Shown: piece by piece, positions 28,944 to 39,221 of the stretch
How the letters are laid out: the number at the start of each line of letters is the position of its first letter
Numbering within the stretch: the first letter of the stretch is position 1
DNA from: Ignavibacteriota bacterium
GTDB lineage: Bacteria > Bacteroidota > Ignavibacteria > Ignavibacteriales > Melioribacteraceae
Reading direction: 5' to 3'
Length of the DNA: 64,000 nucleotides
Assembly (NCBI GenBank): GCA_002746605.1
Contig: PDPT01000041.1
Location: 6,051 to 70,050 of the forward strand
The notes under the pieces: model-generated
What the model was told of the DNA's origin: nothing
Databases searched by the model: none
What the model saw: the letters and a program-made list of their open reading frames with translations, nothing else
Position numbers and translations under genes: made by a program

Positions 28944-30449
28944 ATGAAAACAAGAAATATTTTTGGTACAATTTCACTTATCATTATTGGAATTGTCTTT
29001 GGAGCGATACTTGTATCGAGTGCTGATTTGATAAAAGAAAGTAAAGCAAAAGAAATACAAGTCGGCTCTGACAAATCTCCAGTTGAAAACATTTCTCTTA
29101 CTGATTTTAATAACGCATTTACAGCTGTTGCCGAAAAAGTAACACCCTCAATTGTAAGCATTACGGTTACGAGTAAAATAAAACAAAACTTTAAAAGAGG
29201 TTTTGAATTTGACTTACCATTTTTCTTTCGAGAAAGAATGCCGGATAAAAGGCAAGGCGGAGGTAGTGGTGTAATTATCAACAAAGATGGATATATCTTA
29301 ACAAACAATCATGTTGTGGAAAATGCTATAGAAGTAACCGTTACGCTATTCGATAAAAGGGAACTTGAAGCCGAAGTTGTAGGAACTGATCCTCGTACGG
29401 ATCTTGCGGTAATAAAAGTAGAAGCCGAAAATTTACCTGCAGCATATCTCGGTGATTCTGATAATCTAAAAGTTGGAAGCTGGGTAATGGCAATCGGTAA
29501 TCCGCTTGGTTATTTAACATCAACTGTTACTGCTGGAATTGTTAGTGCTATTGGAAGAAATATTAATATTATTCAAGAACAATATGGAATTGAAGATTTT
29601 ATTCAAACTGATGCAGCAATAAATCCGGGTAACAGCGGTGGTGCTTTAGTTGATTTAAATGGTGCGGTAATAGGAATCAATTCAGCAATTGCCACAAACG
29701 GATTTTCTTCGAGTTATATCGGTTACGGATTTGCAATACCAATAAACCTAGCTAAAGCTGTTGCCGAAGATTTAATTGAAAATGGTAAAGTAAGCAGAGG
29801 ATATATTGGAGTTAGTATTGGAGCTATCGATGCAGCAACTGCAAAAGCAATCGGATTGGATAAACCGAAAGGAATTATGATTCAGAATATTGTTCCCGAT
29901 GGTGCAGCGTCTAAAAAAGATATTAAAGCCGGTGATGTTATTTTAGAAATTGACGGTAAAGAATTAATGAAGCCTAACGAATTGCAAAGTTATATAGCAA
30001 GAAAAAGAGCTGGTGACGAAGTTGAATTAATCATTTATCGAGACGGTAAACAAATTAAAAGAAGTGTTGAATTAAAAGGTATCGAAACAGATTCAGAAGA
30101 AGTTGTAAAAGAAAATAAAACTAAAGCTAAAGAGAAAAAAGATAAAGACAAAGTAGTTGAAGTTAAGTTTGATAACTTGGGTTTAACAGTTATGAATTTG
30201 TCTTCTGAAATGGCAAAAGCTTACAAAGTTGAGTCAGGAATTTTTATTAAAGATGTAAAGAGTTTTAGTAAAGCTGCTCATCAAAGATTATTTAGCGGAT
30301 TGGTAATTCTTGAGGTGGATAAAAAAACGATCAACTCGGTTTCTGAGTTTGAAGATATTGTTAAAGATAAAGCCGGTGATGCAATTTTGTTGAAAGTTCA
30401 AGACAAAAAAGGTCAAACAAGTTTTGTGGGATTAGAAATCCCTAAATAA
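28944..30449 (+). CDS. htrA: Periplasmic serine endoprotease, HtrA/DegP/DegQ family, two PDZ domains
   Basis: 501 aa with an N-terminal TM/signal segment. Catalytic TNNHVV, DLAVIKV and GNSGGALV. Two PDZ-like segments separated by a Lys-rich linker. Confidence 0.9.
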   Translation: MKTRNIFGTISLIIIGIVFGAILVSSADLIKESKAKEIQVGSDKSPVENISLTDFNNAFTAVAEKVTPSIVSITVTSKIKQNFKRGFEFDLPFFFRERMPDKRQGGGSGVIINKDGYILTNNHVVENAIEVTVTLFDKRELEAEVVGTDPRTDLAVIKVEAENLPAAYLGDSDNLKVGSWVMAIGNPLGYLTSTVTAGIVSAIGRNINIIQEQYGIEDFIQTDAAINPGNSGGALVDLNGAVIGINSAIATNGFSSSYIGYGFAIPINLAKAVAEDLIENGKVSRGYIGVSIGAIDAATAKAIGLDKPKGIMIQNIVPDGAASKKDIKAGDVILEIDGKELMKPNELQSYIARKRAGDEVELIIYRDGKQIKRSVELKGIETDSEEVVKENKTKAKEKKDKDKVVEVKFDNLGLTVMNLSSEMAKAYKVESGIFIKDVKSFSKAAHQRLFSGLVILEVDKKTINSVSEFEDIVKDKAGDAILLKVQDKKGQTSFVGLEIPK

Positions 30450-30476
30450 AAAAACACATAACACCTCTAAGGATAA

Positions 30477-30507
30477 AGCGTCTATATTTTTATGGACGCT
30501 TTTTTTA
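30477..30507 (+). terminator. Rho-independent terminator after htrA
   Basis: Stem agcgtctata / tatggacgct (one G-U pair), tttt loop, followed by a T7 run. Confidence 0.8.
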
Positions 30508-30539
30508 TATTTAAATTTTAAAAAGTAATAATTGAGAAT

Positions 30540-31754
30540 ATGATGATAAGAATACTTACGGCAGGTGAATCTCACGGAAAAGCTCTTTCTGTTATTGTAG
30601 AAGGATTTCCGTCAAACATTCCTTTAGACAAAGATTATATTGATAAACAATTAAAACGCCGACAAATGGGTTACGGTCGTGGCGGTAGAATGCAAATTGA
30701 AACAGATACCATAGAAATCCTTTCAGGAATTCGCTTTGGTAAAACTCTAGGCTCACCAATAGCATTTAACATTGAAAATAGTGACTGGAAAAATTGGACA
30801 CACAAAATGAGCCATTCTCCAATAAAAGATAAAGTTGAAAAGATTACAATTCCTCGTCCCGGACATGCAGATTTAACAGGAGTAAGTAAATACAATTTTA
30901 ATGACATCAGAAACTCAATAGAAAGAAGTAGTGCAAGAGAAACTGCTGCAAGAGTTGCGGGTTCAACAGTAGCAAGAAAATTCCTTGAAGAATTTGGAAT
31001 TACTGTAGGAAGTTACGTGGAAAATATTGGTCCGATTTTCCCCGAGAAAAGTTTTATTACTAAACTTTATGATAACAAGTTACCAAAAGGTTTTAAAGCA
31101 CAACAAATTGCTGATAAAGCCGATAAGAGCCAGGTTAGAGTTTTAGAAAAAAAACAAGAAGAAGAAATTATCGAGCAAATTAAAATTGCTAAGAAAAACG
31201 GCGATACACTTGGCGGACAAATTGTTGTTATAGCAACAGCAGTGCCTGCCGGTTTAGGAAGTTATATGCACTTCGATAAAAAATTAGATGCAGCACTTGC
31301 TTTTGAATTTATGTCAATCAATGCAATTAAAAGTGTCGAAATAGGAGCAGGAGCTTGTCTCTCCGAAGTTTTTGGCTCAGAAGCCCACGATGAAATTATT
31401 TTTGAAAATAAAGAATTTAATAGAAAAACAAACAGAGCAGGAGGAATTGAGGGTGGAATTTCTACCGGCTTACCGATTTATGTTCGTGCAGCAATGAAAC
31501 CTATTGCCACTTTAATGCAGCCGATTCAAACAGTTGATCTTTCTACAATGAAATTGGTAAAAGCAAGGAGAGAAAGAAGTGATTTTGTCGCTGTCCCGGC
31601 TTGCGGAGTAATTGGTGAAGCAGCAATGGCTTGGGTTTTAGCTAAGTTTATGTTAGATAAATTTGGTGGTGATTCACTTGAAGAAACCAAAGAAAATTAT
31701 AAAAACTATACAAAGCAATTAAATAAAAGAATAAAGAATAATTTTAAAGGATAA
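30540..31754 (+). CDS. aroC: Chorismate synthase
   Basis: 404 aa. LTAGESHGKAL, RPGHADL, SARETAARVA and NRAGGIEGGIS signatures. Confidence 0.95.
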   Translation: MMIRILTAGESHGKALSVIVEGFPSNIPLDKDYIDKQLKRRQMGYGRGGRMQIETDTIEILSGIRFGKTLGSPIAFNIENSDWKNWTHKMSHSPIKDKVEKITIPRPGHADLTGVSKYNFNDIRNSIERSSARETAARVAGSTVARKFLEEFGITVGSYVENIGPIFPEKSFITKLYDNKLPKGFKAQQIADKADKSQVRVLEKKQEEEIIEQIKIAKKNGDTLGGQIVVIATAVPAGLGSYMHFDKKLDAALAFEFMSINAIKSVEIGAGACLSEVFGSEAHDEIIFENKEFNRKTNRAGGIEGGISTGLPIYVRAAMKPIATLMQPIQTVDLSTMKLVKARRERSDFVAVPACGVIGEAAMAWVLAKFMLDKFGGDSLEETKENYKNYTKQLNKRIKNNFKG

Positions 31755-31964
31755 GAAACTTACAGCAGAACGATGATTTTTTTGTAATTTAAGTTAGTGC
31801 AGAGCTAAAAATAAGATCTCAATGATGAACTCAGTTGATTTTTATATAGGATTACAAATTTATAGCTTAATGGATGAAGCTCAAGAAGGTTAAGTTTTAT
31901 CCATTAGCTTACTATAAATTACTAAAATTATTTACAATTTTTGAATAGTTAAGAAGGAAAAATT

Positions 31965-32609
31965 ATGTTAAAAGTTAAAAAATTAGTATTTAATCCTTTT
32001 CAAGAAAATACATATTTAATTTGGGATGATAAAACCAAAGAATCTATTATTATAGATCCTGGGTGTTCAAATAATTCAGAAGAAAAAATTCTTTTGAGCA
32101 CCATTGAAAAAAAAAATCTCAAAATAAAATATTTGCTTAATACTCATTGCCATATTGACCACATTCTTGGCAATCATTTTATAAAAGAAAAATATAATGT
32201 TGATTTCTATGCACCTGAATTGGACTTGCCACTCCTTGATATGGCAGTTGAACAAGCAGAAATGTTCAGACTTGAAATTACTCCATCACCAAAACCTGAT
32301 AAATTTATTACAGAAGATTTAACTTTGGCAATCGGTGAACATAAAATGAACTTTCTATTTACCCCCGGACACACACAAGGCGAATATTCAATAATATTCT
32401 ACGAAGAAAAAATTTGCATAAGTGGTGATGTTTTATTTCTCGAAGGAATAGGACGTACAGATTTATGGGGCGGTAATTATGAAACTCTTCTTAACTCAAT
32501 TAGAACTAAATTATTTACTTTGGAAGAAGATGTTAAAGTATTCCCTGGTCATGGAGATTCAACTACTATTGGCTACGAGAAAGAGCATAATCCCTTTTTG
32601 AAACAATGA
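31965..32609 (+). CDS. MBL-fold metallo-hydrolase (glyoxalase II-like)
   Basis: 214 aa. NTHCHIDHILGN (HxHxDH) and TPGHTQGE. C-terminal GHGDSTTIGYEK. Confidence 0.8.
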   Translation: MLKVKKLVFNPFQENTYLIWDDKTKESIIIDPGCSNNSEEKILLSTIEKKNLKIKYLLNTHCHIDHILGNHFIKEKYNVDFYAPELDLPLLDMAVEQAEMFRLEITPSPKPDKFITEDLTLAIGEHKMNFLFTPGHTQGEYSIIFYEEKICISGDVLFLEGIGRTDLWGGNYETLLNSIRTKLFTLEEDVKVFPGHGDSTTIGYEKEHNPFLKQ

Positions 32610-32748
32610 CAGTGTCAAGATAGATCTTTTAGATATGAGAGGTTAAATGTTCAAATATGAAATGGAAGACAATACTAAAAATAATTAACTGATAGTCATT
32701 TCATGTTAATCTAGAGAGAGTCTCAAATATTGTATAACTTATTATATT

Positions 32749-32773
32749 AGGACTGCAAAAAAATGCAGTCCTT
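32749..32773. terminator. Hairpin between convergent MBL-hydrolase gene and rocD
   Basis: 9-bp stem aggactgca/tgcagtcct with an A6 loop. Flanking U-tracts are weak on both strands. Confidence 0.5.
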
Positions 32774-32782
32774 AATATTTAT

Positions 32783-33991
32783 CTATACTTCTTCTAAGGA
32801 TTTTTTAATAATTGCAACAGCTTCGTGAATTTGATCTTCAGTAATTACAAGAGGTGGCGCAAATCTAATAATGTGTTGATGAGTTGGTTTTGCCAATAAA
32901 CCATTTTCTTTCATTTTAACACAAACATCCCAAGCTTCTTTACCGTTAGTAGGTTTAATAACAATTGCATTTAATAAGCCTTTACCTCTAATTAGTTCTA
33001 TCATTGGTGAATCAATTTTAACAAGTTCATCACGGAAAAGCTGACCGAGTTTTTCTGCACGTTCCGCAAGTTTTTCTTCTTTTACAACTTCGAGAGAAGC
33101 AACTGCAACTTTGCATGCAACAGGGTTTCCACCAAATGTAGAACCATGTTCACCGGGTTTAATAACTAACATAATATCATCATTAGCTAAAACGGCAGAT
33201 ACAGGAAGTACTCCTCCTGATAATGCTTTACCAAGAATTAAAATATCAGGTTTAACATTTTCGTGATCGCAAGCTAATAACTTACCGGTTCTTGCAATAC
33301 CCGTTTGAACTTCATCAGCAATAAAAAGAACATTTTTGGCTTTACACATTTCGTAAGCTTTCTTTAAGTAACCATCTTCTGGCACATAAACTCCTGCTTC
33401 GCCTTGAATTGGTTCAACTAAGAACCCTGCAACATTCGGGTCTTCCAGAGCTTTTTCCAAAGCATCAAGATCGTTATAAGGCACAACTTCAAATCCCGGT
33501 GTGTAAGGACCAAATCCTTTATATGAATCGGGATCGGTTGACATAGAAATAATTGTTATGGTTCTTCCGTGAAAGTTTCCTTCACAAACTATAATTTTTG
33601 CTTTATTTTCTTCAATACCTTTTTTGTCGTAAGCCCATCTGCGGCAGATTTTTAATGCTGTTTCATCGGCTTCCGCACCGGAATTCATAGGCAATACTTT
33701 ATCATAACCGAAATATTCGGTAATGTATTTTTCATAAGGTCCTAAAGCATTATTATAAAATGCTCTTGAAGTTAAAGTCAATTTTTTTGATTGTTCAATT
33801 AAAGTCTCAATAATTTTAGGGTGGCAATGTCCTTGATTTACAGCCGAATAAGCGGAAAGAAAATCATAATATTTTTTCCCTTCAACATCCCATAAAAATA
33901 CTCCTTCTCCCTTTTCTAAAACTACTGGAAGCGGATGATAATTGTGGGCACCGAACTTATCTTCCATCTCAATATAGTCTTTTGATAGCAT
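32783..33991 (-). CDS. rocD: Ornithine--oxo-acid aminotransferase (class III PLP aminotransferase)
   Basis: 402 aa. [67 protein letters not shown] carries the PLP lysine. Confidence 0.9.
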   Translation of the reverse strand: MLSKDYIEMEDKFGAHNYHPLPVVLEKGEGVFLWDVEGKKYYDFLSAYSAVNQGHCHPKIIETLIEQSKKLTLTSRAFYNNALGPYEKYITEYFGYDKVLPMNSGAEADETALKICRRWAYDKKGIEENKAKIIVCEGNFHGRTITIISMSTDPDSYKGFGPYTPGFEVVPYNDLDALEKALEDPNVAGFLVEPIQGEAGVYVPEDGYLKKAYEMCKAKNVLFIADEVQTGIARTGKLLACDHENVKPDILILGKALSGGVLPVSAVLANDDIMLVIKPGEHGSTFGGNPVACKVAVASLEVVKEEKLAERAEKLGQLFRDELVKIDSPMIELIRGKGLLNAIVIKPTNGKEAWDVCVKMKENGLLAKPTHQHIIRFAPPLVITEDQIHEAVAIIKKSLEEV

Positions 33992-34195
33992 AATATCTCC
34001 TTGTTTAGTTATAAAATTTTCTTACGTAATTTATTCAAAATTTATGTGGAAAAATATGTTTTTTATACGAAAATAGAAAATTTATAAATCGAAAAAATAA
34101 AAATTTTTTGTTAAAAAGAATGATTATGTTTACTTTAATTAATCATATAAAAATTAACGTGATTCTACTCACTTTAGAACTTAATACTAAAAAAA

Positions 34196-34636
34196 ATGGA
34201 TTTAAAGACTTCTTTAGAAATCTATACGGATTTTATAAACCTATCTACAAAAGGTTTTAACGATATAATTAACATAACCGATAAAGTTCAAATTATTATT
34301 TCCCAAAATTCTTTTATAGAAGGAAATATTTTGATTTTTGTACCCGGAGCAACTGCCGGAGTTACAACTATTGAATATGAGCCCGGATTACTTAAAGATT
34401 ATCCACAGTTTATGGAAAAAATAATTCCATCTAATATTGATTATAACCATGATTTAACATGGCACGATGGTAATGGTTTTTCTCATGTACGTGCTGCATT
34501 GCAAGGTGCGTCTTTACAGGTTCCTTTTTCTAATGGTAATTTATTATTGGGAACTTGGCAGCAAATAATATTACTCGATTTTGATAACAGACCTAGAAAA
34601 AGAAAAATTGTTACTCAAATTATCGGTAAAAAGTGA
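34196..34636 (+). CDS. yjbQ: YjbQ/UPF0047-family protein (secondary thiamine-phosphate synthase-like)
   Basis: 146 aa. GVTTIEYEPGL, NGFSHVRAALQGASLQVPF and GTWQQIILLDFD blocks. Confidence 0.8.
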   Translation: MDLKTSLEIYTDFINLSTKGFNDIINITDKVQIIISQNSFIEGNILIFVPGATAGVTTIEYEPGLLKDYPQFMEKIIPSNIDYNHDLTWHDGNGFSHVRAALQGASLQVPFSNGNLLLGTWQQIILLDFDNRPRKRKIVTQIIGKK

Positions 34637-35163
34637 TGAATAAAACCGTAACAATCTTTGGCAGTTCTCTACCCAAACAGGGAGAATTTGAATACGAATC
34701 AGCATATAAAATTGCATCTGAATTGGCCCAAAATGGATTCAATATTTGTTCCGGAGGAAATTCCGGAATAATGGAAGCCGTTTCAAAAGCTGCTAATGAA
34801 AAGGGAACAGAAGCAATAGGAGTTACCGTAAATATTTTTAATGCAAAACCAAATCACTATTTAACAACAGAAATTAAGTGCAATACTTTATTTCGGAGAA
34901 TTGATAAGTTAATTGAGTATGGAGATGCCTTTGTTATTTTACCGGGAGGAACGGGAACGCTTTTAGAGCTCTCTGCAATTTGGGAACTGTTCAACAAAAA
35001 TGTTATTAAAGAAAAACCTGTAGCAAGTATTGGTAAAATGTGGAAAACTATTATTACCGAAATGGAAGAACGGATAATCAAAGAAAAGAGAAAAAGAAAT
35101 TTGATAAAATATTTTCTTAATGAAAAAGATTTGGTAAGTTATTTATTAGAAAAATTGAATTAA
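34636..35163 (+). CDS. LOG-family (TIGR00725/00730-type) Rossmann-fold nucleotide-binding protein
   Basis: About 175 aa. SGGNSGIMEAVSKAA and LPGGTGTLLEL (PGGxGTxxE) motifs. ATG overlaps the yjbQ TGA (TGATG). A GTG alternative start lies at 34633. Confidence 0.8.
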   Translation: MNKTVTIFGSSLPKQGEFEYESAYKIASELAQNGFNICSGGNSGIMEAVSKAANEKGTEAIGVTVNIFNAKPNHYLTTEIKCNTLFRRIDKLIEYGDAFVILPGGTGTLLELSAIWELFNKNVIKEKPVASIGKMWKTIITEMEERIIKEKRKRNLIKYFLNEKDLVSYLLEKLN

Positions 35164-35173
35164 GGAGAAACTG

Positions 35174-35584
35174 ATGAGCAAAATAAATTTCAATTTGGAT
35201 ATTTATACATATCAAATAGATTATGTAGGACATGTGAGCAATATTGTTTATGTCCAATGGATGGAAATAGGACGGACTATTCTATTAGAAACAATCGGTT
35301 TACCGTTACCTATCTTAGAAAAAAAAGGAATTGCTCCTATTTTGATTCATACGGATATAAAATATAAGAAAGCTTTATATATTCACAACAAAGTTAAATG
35401 CGAAGTGTGGATTTCGGAATTAATGAACGCATCTGCAATTATTAATTTTAATTTTTTCAATGAAAAAAATGAATTAGCTGCTTTTGGTTTTCAAAAAGGT
35501 TTGTTTATTCATCGTGATAAAGTAAAACCTTACAGATTAACCGGAGATGAAAGAAAGTTATTTGAAAAGGTATTGATTAAATAA
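35174..35584 (+). CDS. Hotdog-fold acyl-CoA thioesterase (4HBT/YbgC-like)
   Basis: 136 aa. YQIDYVGHVSNIVYVQWME N-terminal motif. AGGAG SD. Confidence 0.7.
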   Translation: MSKINFNLDIYTYQIDYVGHVSNIVYVQWMEIGRTILLETIGLPLPILEKKGIAPILIHTDIKYKKALYIHNKVKCEVWISELMNASAIINFNFFNEKNELAAFGFQKGLFIHRDKVKPYRLTGDERKLFEKVLIK

Positions 35585-35591
35585 ATTGTAG

Positions 35592-35616
35592 AGGAGGGTT
35601 TCAAAACCCTCCTTTG
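35592..35616. terminator. Hairpin between convergent thioesterase and DUF2723-like genes
   Basis: aggagggttt/aaaccctcct palindrome followed by ttt. Confidence 0.55.
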
Positions 35617-35620
35617 CTAC

Positions 35621-38512
35621 TTATTTATTCTGTTCCGGAACACCTAATTTTTCACCTGAAGCCATTTGCTGGTATTGTTTAATTAAATAATCAATTGAAG
35701 GATCATTCGGCATAATTTTTTTAAGTTGTCTTAATAATTCCAAAAATGCTTCGTATCTGCCTTGGGTATCATAAATATCTTTAAGTACTCTTAATGGCGT
35801 AGGATCTTTTCTGACACTTAAAGGATTATCGCTAATTATTTGTAAAGCTTCGTTTTCAACTATTTCTATAAATTTTAAGTATTGTTTTTTTCCACCTGCA
35901 CTGTTGTATAAATTGGCAACATCATTTAATAATCTATAATCCATTGAGAATAGTTTATACGGAACTTTACTCTCCATTTTATCTAAAATTTGTATCGCTT
36001 TATCATTATTTTTTTCTACATAGATGTAATAAAATGCTAGTCTTATAAATGAATTTCTATAATTAAGTGTTAATCTTTTATGGTTATCATTCATAAAGAT
36101 TGTGCTATCCGAAAGTCCTCTGAACTTATAACCGGGTTTATATTCTTTATCAAAGTTTTCCGGTTCTTCCATTATTTGTTTCCACATAATTTCAGGATTG
36201 ACGGCACTATAATAACTATTGAATTTTTTAGGAACTACTCTGAAAGCCAAACCTTCCATTAGCATATAATCGTCTAAACCGATTTTTGCATTATCTGGAG
36301 TTGTTACGGCAAAGTAGATTGGTCTATCATTAATGTTTGATCTTACGATATCCATAGCAACAATATCTTGTGCTCTAACTGCTTTTATGTCACCAAAATT
36401 AATACTTGGTTTCATCGTCCACTTCAGTTCGCCTTTGTTGGTAATAGAAGTATCGGTAATTCCTAATTCCTTATATGTTTCTGGTAAAATATCAACCTTA
36501 AGTTCTGTAGCATTCCATCTGCTTGGAGCAATTCTATCTATTTGCTGATCGGATAAAGTCATCTTAACTTTCTTTGCTCCATAAGGTGAAGTATTTTTTA
36601 ATTGCTTTATGTACCATGAAGTGTTTAATAAACTTAGATTTGCAATTCTTACGTCTCTTCTTATTCCTTCAACATCTTGTAAATACCAAAGTGGGAATGT
36701 ATCGTTATCACCATTTGTAAAAAGAACGGCATTAGGAGCAACACTTTGTAGAATGTTATATGAATAATCCCAAGGTACAAAATTGCGTGCACGATCATGT
36801 TCAAAGTAGTTTTTACTTAACATATTAATAGGAACAGCAAAGAAAGAAATGATAAGTATTACGGCAGTTGCAATTTTTAATGATTTAGTAGTTTTTATTG
36901 TACCTTTTAGCATATCAATAATTCCATAAGTTCCTAATCCGATCCAAATGGAATATACAAAAAAAGCACCGACATAAAAATAGTCTCTTTCACGCGGTTG
37001 AGGTTGTTGTTGGTTTTGGTAGAATGCCGTAAGGTAACCAAGGAAAATAAAAACAATTAAGAAGACACTTGCCATTTTCCAATCTTTCTTATAGTTGAAG
37101 AAAATACCTAAAAGTCCCAAAAACAAGGGGATTCCATAGAATTTAGAAAAATCAACTTTTGCATCTTGAATGGTTGATTCTCTTCCAGCATAATTCCACA
37201 TTAAGTATCTATTGAACATATGATTCATTTGGTAACTCCAGAAAAAATCTAAATCGCTGGAATATTTAGTATAAATATGTTGCTGATGCGGTTCTGCAGA
37301 AAATCTTCTTTTAAAGAAAGGCTGTTCGCCATATTGTTCTCTATTTAAATATTTTACAAATTCAGGAAAACTTTTAGGACTATTTAGATTTATTGGTGTA
37401 TCTTGATTTGACCTAATAATAATTGTTGCATAAGAAGCAAAACCTATGATGGCAAATACTAAACATTTAATAATAAAATTAAAAGTTTCTTTGTTATTTT
37501 TTCTAGTCCAATACATTATGTAAAGCAGAACTGCAAAGAATGAAACAAAAAGAAGAATATCAAAGGTTATATCATTTTTGCCAATAGAAGAAATGATACC
37601 TGGTATATATTTGACAATTCCAGGATAAACTACAATTAACCCGATTCCGCCAACAAGCAGCGGTAAGTAAAAAGAATTTTTATGGATAATTTTCTTTCTG
37701 AAAACAAGGATAAAAACAGCAGTTATTGCTAAAGCAACCAATACAACTTTTTGATCAAAAGCTTTGTATAGTTCTCTTGTCGGCGGTGTTGTACCTGTTT
37801 GATTTATCCAGAAAAGTAAAGCCGCAATTAATACAATTACACTATTTAGCAAAAATAATTTTGCTGATTCTTTAAGAGCATTAGTATCGGTTACATATTT
37901 GCGGAACATAATTACCATAACAATTGAGGGTATAGCAAGTAACGCAAGTAAGTGAACACCTGTGGAAAGACCAATTAAATAAGAAACAAAAATTATATAT
38001 TTTTCATTATCAGGTTCATCGGCTTTTTCGTTCCATACCATTGTCATCCAAACAGCAAAAGCCATAAAAAAAGTAGCGAGTGCATAAACTTCCGCTTCTA
38101 CTGCATTAAACCAAAAAGTATCGGAAAAAGCAAGAGATAGTGCCCCGATTGCAGCTGAAATAAAGATAGTTAATTCAGTAAAAAAACTTTTGTTTTCATT
38201 ACTAGTAATATTAAATATTAATTTAACGCCCACTAAATAAGTAAACAAAATAGTAAAAGCACTTGATATTACGGAAATCATATTTACCCTTAAAGCAATA
38301 TTATCTGCAAAGGGAATCAGAGAAAAAAGTCTTCCTAATAATAAGAAAAATGGAGTTCCCGGAGGATGCGGAACTTGTAAAGAGTATGATGAAGCAATAA
38401 ACTCTCCACAATCCCAAAAGGAAACCGAAGATTGCACGGTTAAAATATATACAATTAATGTTATTAAGAATACAGCGAATCCTACTATTCTGTGTGTTTT
38501 TATATTTTGCAT
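35621..38512 (-). CDS. Large polytopic membrane protein, DUF2723 / glycosyltransferase-C-like with helical-repeat C-terminal domain
   Basis: 963 aa with more than 10 TM helices in the N-terminal 560 aa. WDCGEFIASSYSLQVPHPPGTPFF motif typical of DUF2723. The soluble C-terminal half has TPR-like helical repeats. Confidence 0.7.
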   Translation of the reverse strand: MQNIKTHRIVGFAVFLITLIVYILTVQSSVSFWDCGEFIASSYSLQVPHPPGTPFFLLLGRLFSLIPFADNIALRVNMISVISSAFTILFTYLVGVKLIFNITSNENKSFFTELTIFISAAIGALSLAFSDTFWFNAVEAEVYALATFFMAFAVWMTMVWNEKADEPDNEKYIIFVSYLIGLSTGVHLLALLAIPSIVMVIMFRKYVTDTNALKESAKLFLLNSVIVLIAALLFWINQTGTTPPTRELYKAFDQKVVLVALAITAVFILVFRKKIIHKNSFYLPLLVGGIGLIVVYPGIVKYIPGIISSIGKNDITFDILLFVSFFAVLLYIMYWTRKNNKETFNFIIKCLVFAIIGFASYATIIIRSNQDTPINLNSPKSFPEFVKYLNREQYGEQPFFKRRFSAEPHQQHIYTKYSSDLDFFWSYQMNHMFNRYLMWNYAGRESTIQDAKVDFSKFYGIPLFLGLLGIFFNYKKDWKMASVFLIVFIFLGYLTAFYQNQQQPQPRERDYFYVGAFFVYSIWIGLGTYGIIDMLKGTIKTTKSLKIATAVILIISFFAVPINMLSKNYFEHDRARNFVPWDYSYNILQSVAPNAVLFTNGDNDTFPLWYLQDVEGIRRDVRIANLSLLNTSWYIKQLKNTSPYGAKKVKMTLSDQQIDRIAPSRWNATELKVDILPETYKELGITDTSITNKGELKWTMKPSINFGDIKAVRAQDIVAMDIVRSNINDRPIYFAVTTPDNAKIGLDDYMLMEGLAFRVVPKKFNSYYSAVNPEIMWKQIMEEPENFDKEYKPGYKFRGLSDSTIFMNDNHKRLTLNYRNSFIRLAFYYIYVEKNNDKAIQILDKMESKVPYKLFSMDYRLLNDVANLYNSAGGKKQYLKFIEIVENEALQIISDNPLSVRKDPTPLRVLKDIYDTQGRYEAFLELLRQLKKIMPNDPSIDYLIKQYQQMASGEKLGVPEQNK

Positions 38513-38614
38513 TAATTCCTCTAAATTATAAATTATCTTTTTTTAATACTTTTTGAAATTATCAGAAAAAAATGTAAAACTTAAACAAGTTAAAGCTTCA
38601 CTAAGTTCTATGAT

Positions 38615-38836
38615 TTATTCCTTTTTTTTAAAAAGACTATTTAAGTCAGGTTTTTCTCTCGTCAGGTAATATTTTTCATATAACTTTTTAAGTTGTCCGA
38701 AAGAATTATTATCCAAGTCTTCACCGTCTTTTACTCTTTTAACAAACATTTTAAAATTTTTTAATTCATCTTGAGAAAATTTTTTTTCAAAACGTTTAAG
38801 AGCATCTATAAATTTTTTTTGTTCTGTGTATCTCAT
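38615..38836 (-). CDS. Small basic helical protein, unknown function
   Basis: 73-aa ORF rich in K/E/F. Lies upstream of the DUF2723-like gene on the same strand. No recognisable motif. Confidence 0.4.
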   Translation of the reverse strand: MRYTEQKKFIDALKRFEKKFSQDELKNFKMFVKRVKDGEDLDNNSFGQLKKLYEKYYLTREKPDLNSLFKKKE

Positions 38837-39221
38837 AAAAATATTATTTTATAACCTTAAAAGATATAAAAGCTGCTTTCAATATTCAACATTCAATTTT
38901 TAAACTTTCTTAAAACCTTCAAAGAGTTCACTTATTCAGGAAATAGAATTATGTATTATTGAAATTTATTCCAGGAGTTGACAAAGATTTATTATAATTA
39001 TTAGATTCAAAAATAAAGACTTTTTCTTCATCCGGTAATCTTAGGGAGCAGTCAGTAAATTTTTCAATTGTTACTTCAATTTTTTAATTAATATTCTCCT
39101 TACTTTTGATTATATTACAGTGTTATATCATTATGTAATTTTTATATTACGATTTTTGGTATAAATGAACTGAATCAAAATGAGCAAATTATTAACTTAA
39201 ATATAAATTTAAGGGGAAATT

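Noticed and set aside
34120-34260. 46-codon ORF overlapping the yjbQ start in another frame, and a comparable 42-codon ORF from ATG 52201 overlapping the 52241 ORF start.
   Set aside because: They are out of frame with better-supported genes, have no SD, and show AT-rich chance-ORF composition.
34399-34407. Perfect DnaA box TTATCCACA, checked because parAB often lie near oriC.
   Set aside because: It is a single copy inside the yjbQ coding sequence. No cluster of boxes and no AT-rich unwinding element next to dnaA or dnaN is visible in this window.
35171-35178. CTGATGAG, the hammerhead ribozyme core box.
   Set aside because: It is simply the SD-spacer plus ATG-AGC start of the thioesterase gene. 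No matching GAAA box or stems I-III surround it.
38949-39080. 43-codon open frame on the minus strand (IEVTIEKFTDCSLRLPDEEKVFIFESNNYNKSLSTPGINFNNT) in the 385-nt spacer before the UPF0173 gene, with an AAGGAG nearby.
   Set aside because: There is no ATG, GTG or TTG start in frame; only ATT is available, and the SD is about 15 nt away. It may be a gene remnant, but I cannot support it as a CDS.
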